Below the pieces are notes generated by a model that was given only the letters and a program-made list of their open reading frames with translations, was not told the origin of the DNA and made no database searches. From NCBI GenBank assembly GCA_031283585.1, contig JAITBP010000006.1:72705-104704 (forward strand): a DNA stretch of 32,000 nucleotides. The letters are read 5' to 3'. This DNA comes from Puniceicoccales bacterium. GTDB lineage: Bacteria; Verrucomicrobiota; Verrucomicrobiia; Opitutales; LL51. Shown here piece after piece: positions 10,203 to 16,664 of this stretch. The first letter of the stretch is position 1, and the number at the start of each line of letters is the position of its first letter. The position numbers were made by a program, and so were the translations under genes.

Positions 10203-11045
10203 TCATTCAATCTTTTCGACCTCATTACTGGATTCATCTTCGGTGGATGATTTAGGCTCGGTTTCTTCGCCCTTATGTAGGTTAACATTTTGATAGATCA
10301 TTACGGATATTATTATCAAAAGAACCAGGATTACGGCGGCAAAAATACCAAAAATTACGTAAAGTTGTGACTTGGAAGACGATAGTATTTCCAGACCAGC
10401 CACATTGACCATGCTTGCACCGGCACTCTGGGTTTGAGGCAGCGCAGGCAATTGAACCGGGAACAATGCCACAGAAACCTTATCATAATCAAGACCTTCT
10501 ATGCTATTCGCCACCAAATACTTTATCTCTCGGACATATTCCTCCACCGTCGAGTCCGGCCTATAGGATATGAAAACCGCCGCCGAAGCAGGTGTTACTT
10601 TTTCCGTATAGGGATCATTTTCTGGCAAAACTATGTGAACTTTTGCATCTATTACCCCAGGTATCTGATTTATCGTTGCAGATACACTTTCACCCAGGGC
10701 ATACATGAACCGCACTCTTTCCTCCAGCGGAGATGAAACCAACCCTGCTTTTTTAAAAACATCTCCAACGGTCTCAAATTTTGTTCTGGGATAACCCTTT
10801 GAGGTTAAAATCTCGATGGCCAGCGAAAACCTATCTTTGTCGATAATGATATTGCATGCATTTTCCTTACCAACAACCTTGTTTACACTGAAGCCATATT
10901 GTTGTAAAATCGAGATCATCTCATTGGCTTCTTTTTCCTTCAGGCCAGAATATAATACAGCTTTACCGCAGCCAGCTAGTAACAGCGATAGGCCTAGCAT
11001 GCACAACAATGAAAATTTATCAAATATAGAATTAGACTTTCCCAT
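10203..11045 (-). CDS. sctJ: T3SS inner-membrane ring lipoprotein (SctJ; YscJ/PrgK family)
   Basis: Lipobox LLLAGC followed by GKAVLYSGLKEKEANEMISILQQYGFSVNKV (canonical YscJ start). C-terminal TM helix. Confidence 0.9.
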   Translation of the reverse strand: MGKSNSIFDKFSLLCMLGLSLLLAGCGKAVLYSGLKEKEANEMISILQQYGFSVNKVVGKENACNIIIDKDRFSLAIEILTSKGYPRTKFETVGDVFKKAGLVSSPLEERVRFMYALGESVSATINQIPGVIDAKVHIVLPENDPYTEKVTPASAAVFISYRPDSTVEEYVREIKYLVANSIEGLDYDKVSVALFPVQLPALPQTQSAGASMVNVAGLEILSSSKSQLYVIFGIFAAVILVLLIIISVMIYQNVNLHKGEETEPKSSTEDESSNEVEKIE

Positions 11046-11068
11046 AACACCCCAAGTAGCTTCTATTC

Positions 11069-11096
11069 ATAATATAAAAAAAAACGGCCCAGTCAA
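11069..11096 (-). promoter_or_regulatory. candidate internal sigma70-like promoter for sctJ-K-L-N-O-P (-35 TTGACT, 16 nt, -10 TATTAT)
   Basis: Minus strand: TTGACT at 11096..11091, spacer GGGCCG+T9+A, TATTAT at 11074..11069. A GGGGTG Shine-Dalgarno lies just before the sctJ ATG. The only sizeable gap (131 nt) in the sctE-to-sctP run is here. Confidence 0.35.
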
Positions 11097-11176
11097 ATAA
11101 CAAAAATTTGACAATTAGATTATATAAAGCAAGTCGACGTCGTTGAGCCCAACGGATACAAAACGCTACTGGATCA

Positions 11177-11641
11177 TTACTGGTTGCGCATCAACGTCTG
11201 CCCGATATTATTCATCTTATCGACAGCCTTCGAAGAAAGCTCATTCATATAGCTTAATTGCATAACTTCAAACTGCAGCTGCATTAGATCTGCACTGCTT
11301 AGGTCACTACCTTTTGAAGTAATAGACTTGATGTTGTTTTCGATCTGCATATATTGGTCTCTAACGTTCTGGACAGTCTGAATAATATTGTCACCGGGCG
11401 TTGTATTGACCTTTAAATTAGGATCCAAAGCAGCCTGCTGCTGCAAAATGTCTTGGGTTTGTATCTTTAGCAGATCAGTCGCATTTAAATTGTCCAATTG
11501 GAGCCCGTTTTCAAATTGCATTCTCTCCAAGTCAGACACTGCACTCACATTCGACTGAATATTACCTAGGTTTGCCTGATTTGGCAACCCATCATTTACA
11601 CCTTTGGCGAATTGTCCGGCACTAATTGGATCTATTGACAT
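11177..11641 (-). CDS. sctI: T3SS inner-rod protein candidate (SctI/YscI-like)
   Basis: 154 aa just upstream of sctJ. The C-terminus DLMQLQFEVMQLSYMNELSSKAVDKMNNIGQTLMRNQ resembles the conserved C-terminal helix of the rod/needle family. Confidence 0.5.
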   Translation of the reverse strand: MSIDPISAGQFAKGVNDGLPNQANLGNIQSNVSAVSDLERMQFENGLQLDNLNATDLLKIQTQDILQQQAALDPNLKVNTTPGDNIIQTVQNVRDQYMQIENNIKSITSKGSDLSSADLMQLQFEVMQLSYMNELSSKAVDKMNNIGQTLMRNQ

Positions 11642-11656
11642 AATATTACCCTCGGG

Positions 11657-12103
11657 TTAATTGATTAGTTTTTTATTGTCAGAATCCGACAGGATACTCT
11701 TGGCAAGGGTAACCGCATCCTCATCTGAATTGTTCTTTATAACTTCATTTAAAACTATTTCTGACTCATGGTTCGATCCGATTTGCTTTAAAAGTAGACC
11801 AAAAAAAGCTTTGGCTAGCTGGCTATCTGGATTTATCTTGGTCACGGTTTCGGTGAGTATTTTCGATGCCTCTGAAATACGTCCAAAGGTTATTTTTACC
11901 ACGGCAAGACCGATTAGTGGTAATTCGCTGGATGGTCTGGCGGCAATCAAAGCGTCAAAAATGCTTTCCGCATGGGATTTAAGGCCACATCCAGCGGCCA
12001 CATAACCAATGTCCATTAGCATACGGATAATATCCGTTGGAATATCTGGATATTCCAGCTTGTCATCCGCTGCATCGGCAGAAACTGTTCGTGATGTATC
12101 CAA
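11657..12103 (-). CDS. TPR-like small protein in the position of the needle co-chaperone (SctG/YscG/CdsG-like)
   Basis: 148 aa, helical-repeat composition (AESIFDALIAARPSSELPLIGLAVVKITFGRISEASKIL...). Directly downstream of the needle gene, as yscG is. The call rests mainly on position. Confidence 0.45.
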   Translation of the reverse strand: MDTSRTVSADAADDKLEYPDIPTDIIRMLMDIGYVAAGCGLKSHAESIFDALIAARPSSELPLIGLAVVKITFGRISEASKILTETVTKINPDSQLAKAFFGLLLKQIGSNHESEIVLNEVIKNNSDEDAVTLAKSILSDSDNKKLIN

Positions 12104-12120
12104 AAAAATATACCTTACTG

Positions 12121-12447
12121 TTAACGTATGTTTTGGGTGATTTTTGACAATGTATCACCGATCGAACGCACAATACCAGTAGAAGTGGCAGAAATCGTTC
12201 CCCAGGTTTGGACCATCGCCTGTAATTCCAACAGGACACCCTGATCAATTTCCGACGCTGCTTGACCTTTTATGCTTCCCAGCGAATCCTTAAGAGATTT
12301 CTCATAGTCCATCATATAGGTAGAAAGTAACTTATAAATATTAAGAATACTTACTTTATTTGTTGGGGCACTTGTTTTGTTACCTATACCTTCCTGCGAA
12401 GGTTCAGGAGTGTGCCATCTAGTTCCTGCTCCATCAAAATCTGACAT
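12121..12447 (-). CDS. sctF: T3SS needle filament subunit (SctF)
   Basis: 108 aa. The C-terminal helix-turn-helix pattern DQGVLLELQAMVQTWGTISATSTGIVRSIGDTLSKITQNIR matches YscF/CdsF/PrgI-type needle proteins. AAGGAGA Shine-Dalgarno. The N-terminus is longer than in classic needles. Confidence 0.75.
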   Translation of the reverse strand: MSDFDGAGTRWHTPEPSQEGIGNKTSAPTNKVSILNIYKLLSTYMMDYEKSLKDSLGSIKGQAASEIDQGVLLELQAMVQTWGTISATSTGIVRSIGDTLSKITQNIR

Positions 12448-12501
12448 AATTTTTCTCCTTGTTTATTGTTAGTTGTTAATGTTAAAGAAAATTGTTATTA
12501 T

Positions 12502-12720
12502 TTATTTAAAATTATTGACTACCTCCTGGGCTTTCTCCAGGGCTATTTTAACCTTGTTATATACATTGAAGTCGGCGGTGAGCAGATCTGAGTTAAGTTT
12601 TTTGGTAAGTTCTAATCTGTATTCCGATAGCCTGGCCAGCAAAGATTTTCTATAGTTACCGGTTGAATCACCTAGTAACTGGCGTTCCATCTCCACGATT
12701 GTCACCCTATCCCTATCCAT
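12502..12720 (-). CDS. sctE: small T3SS needle co-chaperone candidate (SctE/YscE-like)
   Basis: 72 aa, two-helix protein between sctD and sctF. Resembles the YscE/SsaE pattern (LE..L...L..D...Y......LE.A.E.V). GAAGGTGA Shine-Dalgarno. Confidence 0.5.
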   Translation of the reverse strand: MDRDRVTIVEMERQLLGDSTGNYRKSLLARLSEYRLELTKKLNSDLLTADFNVYNKVKIALEKAQEVVNNFK

Positions 12721-12761
12721 TTTAAAATCACCTTCGTTTTATGTTTAACCAGGTTTTTTAT

Positions 12762-12779
12762 TTTTTACAATTGTAAAAA
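12762..12779. promoter_or_regulatory. perfect 18-bp palindrome TTTTTACAATTGTAAAAA (candidate operator overlapping a -10-like TACAAT)
   Basis: Base-by-base check: pairs 12770/12771 out to 12762/12779 are all complementary. Centre is about 50 nt upstream of the sctE ATG. Confidence 0.5.
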
Positions 12780-12797
12780 TTTTCTTCCTGTTAGCAA
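12770..12797 (-). promoter_or_regulatory. candidate sigma70-like promoter for sctE-F-G-I (-35 TTGCTA, 16 nt, -10 TACAAT)
   Basis: Minus strand: TTGCTA at 12797..12792, spacer ACAGGAAGAAAATTTT, TACAAT at 12775..12770. This predicts a leader of about 40 nt containing the Shine-Dalgarno. Confidence 0.35.
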
Positions 12798-12920
12798 CAA
12801 TTTAATTACTTAAAAACACAGATCTCTCGGAATATTTACGTCCATCACCTATGGTTATCAACTCCAAGTCGTTACTGTTATACATGATGCTGTTAACCGT
12901 CGCGCTCTCTCTCCATCCAT
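12781..12920 (-). pseudogene. decayed duplicate of the sctD 3' end fused to a duplicate of the sctE 5' end (tandem-duplication relic)
   Basis: 12817..12898 aligns without gaps to 13024..13105 (66 of 82 positions identical by my count), and weaker similarity extends to 12781/12988. 12891..12930 (rc TGATTTTGAAATGGATGGAGAGAGAGCG) mirrors the real sctE start (TGATTTTAAAATGGATAGGGATAGGGTG). The relic frame (TVNSIMYNSNDLELITIGDGRKYSERSV vs KIDSIVYNKDGLEWINMRDGRKYFEGSV) ends in a premature stop. Confidence 0.75.
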
Positions 12921-12927
12921 TTCAAAA

Positions 12928-14253
12928 TCACATCTGTTCCACATTGACCGTAATACTTCCATCCGGCCCTTTTATTATTATAGAATCTTTTTCTATGTTA
13001 GAAATAATGTAACCACTTGGAAGCACAGATCCTTCGAAATATTTACGTCCATCACGCATGTTTATCCACTCCAAGCCGTCCTTGTTATATACGATACTGT
13101 CAATCTTTCCTCCGAAATATTTTTCTACACCAATACCGGTATCCGTGGACATTTTTACGGAAAAAACGATTTCAGAGCCAATGGTGATAGTTTTTTCTAT
13201 CTCTTCCTTTGCCACGATCCAGTTATTTTTATCTCGCTCAGTGAGCACGCCATCGATTGTAACACAATCCCTGTTACAGGAAAACCTGAGCTTTTCACCC
13301 AATGAATACTTTTTCAGCACTTCATTACCCAATTTTAATACTTTTGTCTGGGTAAGTACATTGTCCACAAAATTCTCAAGACCTTTTACCTCTTCGGCTA
13401 ACCTGTGTTTCATCCTATCCCAAACCACCGGATCGAACACGTAGCCAGAGACGACAAATTTACCCGGAGCAGTCTCTTCAAATTTTACGGTTAAATTAGC
13501 TCCTCTTAAAATTTCATTCACCGTATTGCCTATTTTTTCACCGCTATACACCTTCACCTTTACGTTAGGATCCACCGTATGGACTTCGGCTTTAATTCTG
13601 GTTGACTGAGCAATCAGGCTAACATAACCGGTTACATAAATGCTTCCATCTTTCAATCTATTTACATTGGTTGTCCCTGGAATATTTAGACTATTGATCT
13701 TGTTTTTTATTTCAACCACCGGATCTACGGCCACCTCAATCTGGTTTTTCTTGGTCAATTTAAAGCCAATGAACACAACACCGGCCGCTGCCGTCAATGG
13801 GATAAAAAATCGCCAAAACAGTGGCAACTTTTTTTTATGCAATCCCCTGGTCGGTTCCTTCTTAGCTTTAGCAACGGCACTATCCGTTGTCTCTTCTTTT
13901 TTATCTTCAATGTGATCAAGCACCGGTGCACTATCCAAAGAAATTTTGCTCCATCCCTCATCGGCTTCAGGGCCTACCATCAGCTGGGTTGTGCCTAATG
14001 TTATGAACTTAAAGATCCCGCCGGCGGTTTTTCCTTCGACCAGATGGCCATCCATGAACACATTGCCATTCATTGGTTCCAATTCAAACCCGGAGCCATC
14101 GGCCTTCGTAATCTTTACGTGTTTGTCGACCACAAGAGCATCATTTAGTATCAAATCACACGACTCGTCGGAGCCTACAACTATGGATTCATCTGGTAAT
14201 GCAACCTCTGCACCTTGGTGTGGCCCGGATAAAATTTTTAGCAATAATGCCAT
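12928..14253 (-). CDS. sctD: T3SS inner-membrane ring protein with N-terminal FHA-like domain (SctD; YscD/CdsD family)
   Basis: 441 aa. MALLLKILSGPHQGAEVALPDESIVVGSDESCDLILND is a YscD-type FHA start. A single TM helix (FFIPLTAAAGVVFIGF) is followed by a periplasmic domain. Confidence 0.8.
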   Translation of the reverse strand: MALLLKILSGPHQGAEVALPDESIVVGSDESCDLILNDALVVDKHVKITKADGSGFELEPMNGNVFMDGHLVEGKTAGGIFKFITLGTTQLMVGPEADEGWSKISLDSAPVLDHIEDKKEETTDSAVAKAKKEPTRGLHKKKLPLFWRFFIPLTAAAGVVFIGFKLTKKNQIEVAVDPVVEIKNKINSLNIPGTTNVNRLKDGSIYVTGYVSLIAQSTRIKAEVHTVDPNVKVKVYSGEKIGNTVNEILRGANLTVKFEETAPGKFVVSGYVFDPVVWDRMKHRLAEEVKGLENFVDNVLTQTKVLKLGNEVLKKYSLGEKLRFSCNRDCVTIDGVLTERDKNNWIVAKEEIEKTITIGSEIVFSVKMSTDTGIGVEKYFGGKIDSIVYNKDGLEWINMRDGRKYFEGSVLPSGYIISNIEKDSIIIKGPDGSITVNVEQM

Positions 14254-14267
14254 GACAGAACTTGTCT

Positions 14268-14295
14268 ATGATATTTTTTTTATAGATTTGTTCAA
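14268..14295 (-). promoter_or_regulatory. candidate sctD promoter (-35 TTGAAC, 16 nt, -10 TATCAT)
   Basis: Minus strand: TTGAAC at 14295..14290, TATCAT at 14273..14268. The spacer contains an A8 tract on this strand (T8 on the plus strand). No Shine-Dalgarno before the sctD ATG, so the predicted leader is very short. Confidence 0.3.
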
Positions 14296-14315
14296 GCACA
14301 AGGGCTCGGTAAAAT
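14288..14315 (+). promoter_or_regulatory. candidate sctW promoter (-35 TTGTTC, 16 nt, -10 TAAAAT), back-to-back with the sctD promoter
   Basis: TTGTTC at 14288..14293 overlaps the minus-strand TTGAAC. TAAAAT at 14310..14315. A T10 tract (14318..14327) lies between the -10 and the ATG. Confidence 0.3.
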
Positions 14316-14331
14316 TATTTTTTTTTTACAT

Positions 14332-15744
14332 ATGCCTGTTTTTATTGCCAAAAATTGCAATTTCAACAGTATTCAGAATGGGATTGTGGAAACTAATTCG
14401 ATATCTTTGGCAACAACCATAGACGGCCAGGTTGGAATCGATAGAGTAATCGGCTCCTACCAGGGCCAGGAGGTTAAACTGCACGAAAAGACATTGTCGG
14501 CCATAGAATTAGCCGACAGGATGGATGACTTCGTTGCTGCGAAAATAAGACCAAGAACCTCGATCAAAGATAGAAAAATTGAGACAAAAAAGAAAATAAA
14601 AGAGAAGGAAAAAATTCTTTCCAAGGTAATCAACCGTCTCGGTGGATTTCAAAATGCCGATAAATACAAAAATTTCGAATCGACGGTCCGGCGAATGATG
14701 AATCGATCACTTCTGGAAGAAGACGCTAAAAAATCCGAAGGCCCGATCCACGATATTATATTAAAACAGGCAGCCAACGATTTCGGAGAGGTCACAGAGC
14801 AGGACAACGTCATTCAGTATGCTTTTGAAGCCGAAGAACTTGAGCAATTTTCAGCCGAATCCGAGCTAAGGCAGGTCGAGAAAATGCAAAAGCGACTGGA
14901 GGGCAGGACAGACTCTTTTGCTGTCCAAAAGAAGCAGGAACTGGGCGAACAGGTAAACTCTATTAAAGCCAGCATAAATTCATCAAAACTCTTTCAGGAA
15001 GAACTAAATATAGCCCAGGCAAAGCTGAACAAGCACCACGGCAAAGAGATCAAGGATGGGTATAATATAATTCCAAAGGCTGCCGAGCTCTTGAAAGAAC
15101 AGCAGTTAAATGGTCAGGACAACGAGCTGAGTCCGACCGCATTGGCCGCCGACTATAGGGACGAGGTCCTCAAAATGGACAATCCATTGGATTTATTTGA
15201 AAATTTTTACAAAAAACATGAGGGGAGAAAGGAAAATTTCGACAGATACATCGATTCGATGATCGAACTTCTCGGCCGTGACATGGAATCAGCAAACCCT
15301 TCTCGCTCAATGGAAGAGCTAAGGGCTGTCCGGGATGGCCTATTCCGTATAGAGATCTCCGGCCAGGCTCACAATGACATCGGAATGCTGGCCGAAAACA
15401 TCAAAAAAACCTTCCCTTTGTTCGGTGACAAAAAATTCACAATCGACGAGCAACTCGTTGCGACAAGGGAACTAGTAAAAATGACCCAAAGTACTTTTGT
15501 TAGTGACACCCAGGTATTAAAATTCATAGAAATCTTTGGCCCAACGCCAGAAAATGACCTGGAAGCCACCATATATGCAATGAATCGAGTTACGGAGCTG
15601 GTAAGAAAATTTCCGATGAAATTTTTTAACGATCCCCAGTCGAGAAACCAATTGCTCGATACTGCCCAGCACAAACTCGATGAGCTAATCCTGCTCGAGG
15701 AAGAAGCTAATGATGTGGATTTTTTTGAGGAAAGCACACAGTAG
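14332..15744 (+). CDS. sctW: T3SS gatekeeper (SctW; YopN/CopN/MxiC family) with fused TyeA-like C-terminus
   Basis: 470 aa. The C-terminal half (FIEIFGPTPENDLEATIYAMNRVTELVRKFPMKFFNDPQSRNQLLDTAQHKLDELILLEEE) matches the HrpJ/TyeA pattern of gatekeepers. Divergent from the basal-body operon. Confidence 0.75.
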   Translation: MPVFIAKNCNFNSIQNGIVETNSISLATTIDGQVGIDRVIGSYQGQEVKLHEKTLSAIELADRMDDFVAAKIRPRTSIKDRKIETKKKIKEKEKILSKVINRLGGFQNADKYKNFESTVRRMMNRSLLEEDAKKSEGPIHDIILKQAANDFGEVTEQDNVIQYAFEAEELEQFSAESELRQVEKMQKRLEGRTDSFAVQKKQELGEQVNSIKASINSSKLFQEELNIAQAKLNKHHGKEIKDGYNIIPKAAELLKEQQLNGQDNELSPTALAADYRDEVLKMDNPLDLFENFYKKHEGRKENFDRYIDSMIELLGRDMESANPSRSMEELRAVRDGLFRIEISGQAHNDIGMLAENIKKTFPLFGDKKFTIDEQLVATRELVKMTQSTFVSDTQVLKFIEIFGPTPENDLEATIYAMNRVTELVRKFPMKFFNDPQSRNQLLDTAQHKLDELILLEEEANDVDFFEESTQ

Positions 15745-15753
15745 GAAACAAAA

Positions 15754-16137
15754 ATGCGGGCAAATGTGGATACAGTTATCGATGAACTCGGTGGGAGAGT
15801 TGGATTTAGCAATCTGAAAAAAAATGAGCATGGCGTAGTCCATCTAGAGATCCAGACCATCGGCCATCTGTTTATCGACGCAAAGGATGATTGGGTTTTC
15901 ACCTACCTGCTGCGTGCCTACAAATTCCCAAATTCCAGGATATACCTGAAGGCCTTGGAATTGTGTAATCCCTATCCTTGTTATCAATTTTCGGTGAATC
16001 CGGTCCTGCAGAACGATGACATGCTTGGATTTGCAATCAAACACAGCTGCAATGATTTTACTATTGGAAAGTTAGAGGACTCGATTAAACTACTGTCCGG
16101 ATTGCAGGATAGGCTTATGATTTTTGATGGAGCGTAA
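15754..16137 (+). CDS. class I T3SS chaperone (SycN/CesT-like)
   Basis: 127 aa. The start VIDELGGRVGFSNLKKNEHGVVHLEIQTIGHLFID and overall pattern are as in SycN/Pcr2-type chaperones. Lies 9 nt after the sctW stop. Confidence 0.6.
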   Translation: MRANVDTVIDELGGRVGFSNLKKNEHGVVHLEIQTIGHLFIDAKDDWVFTYLLRAYKFPNSRIYLKALELCNPYPCYQFSVNPVLQNDDMLGFAIKHSCNDFTIGKLEDSIKLLSGLQDRLMIFDGA

Positions 16138-16139
16138 AA

Positions 16140-16580
16140 ATGGCGGAAGATTTTAATAAAAAACCTGTTAAAAAACAAAAAAGCGATTTGGAAGAAAATT
16201 TTGAGATGGATTTCGGGCTAACCGGAATAACCAAAGGTTCGGATTTCAATAAACGTATGCGGTTGCCAGCCACAAGTAGCTTCGACCCAAGCGAAGGCAA
16301 GATCGAGGTCAAGCTTTCTAAGGTATTGAGTGTAAAGACACTCGACGGCGTACTCATCCAGCTGTTGAGGCCAGACGTTACGAACCGGAGCATTCTCACA
16401 CCCACGCAGTTTCGTAGCAAAATTAACGAACTAAGGACAGTTTTTAAGCAAAAAAAAGAATCCACCGGTAAAAATATTACGGCCCCGGAACTATACGATG
16501 ATATAGAACATCTACTCACAGAAGAAGAAGAGAAATGTGAACTACTTGATCACTATCGACATATGTTACTCATGGGCTAG
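16140..16580 (+). CDS. hypothetical protein, possibly SctX/YscX/Pcr3-like
   Basis: 146 aa. ATG is 2 nt after the chaperone stop. Occupies the slot that yscX/pcr3 holds after sycN/pcr2. The sequence resemblance I can see is weak (C-terminal LL-rich helix). Confidence 0.35.
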   Translation: MAEDFNKKPVKKQKSDLEENFEMDFGLTGITKGSDFNKRMRLPATSSFDPSEGKIEVKLSKVLSVKTLDGVLIQLLRPDVTNRSILTPTQFRSKINELRTVFKQKKESTGKNITAPELYDDIEHLLTEEEEKCELLDHYRHMLLMG

Positions 16581-16664
16581 CCCCTAGGTTTTATGGATGG
16601 TGCGCACCCAGGTCCTTAAAAAAATGTTTATTAACTGGCGGATTTTGTTTATCTCCTGGTCATT

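Noticed and set aside
11120-11160. Small hairpin CGTTG-ggct-CAACG (minus-strand reading) after sctI as an intrinsic terminator
   Set aside because: The stem is only 5 bp and no U tract follows on the transcribed strand. This is insufficient to call a terminator.
14352-14363. Additional AT-rich palindromes (AAATTGCAATTT inside the sctW 5' end; TTTGCAAA at 22123..22130) as further operator copies
   Set aside because: Their core (TTGCAA) differs from the TTTACAATTGTAAA element. Short AT-rich palindromes are expected by chance in this composition.
15369-16519. Minus-strand ORFs of 177 aa (15369..15902) and 134 aa (16115..16519)
   Set aside because: They are antisense shadows of sctW, the chaperone and the X-like gene. 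They have Ser/Leu-rich composition typical of antisense frames and no coupling to neighbours. The plus-strand genes are translationally coupled (gaps of 9 and 2 nt).
16599-16608. Perfect palindrome GGTGCGCACC after the X-like gene, considered as a terminator
   Set aside because: With no loop it can form at most a 3-bp stem around a 4-nt loop, and no T tract follows on the plus strand. It is more likely a chance occurrence or a restriction-type site.
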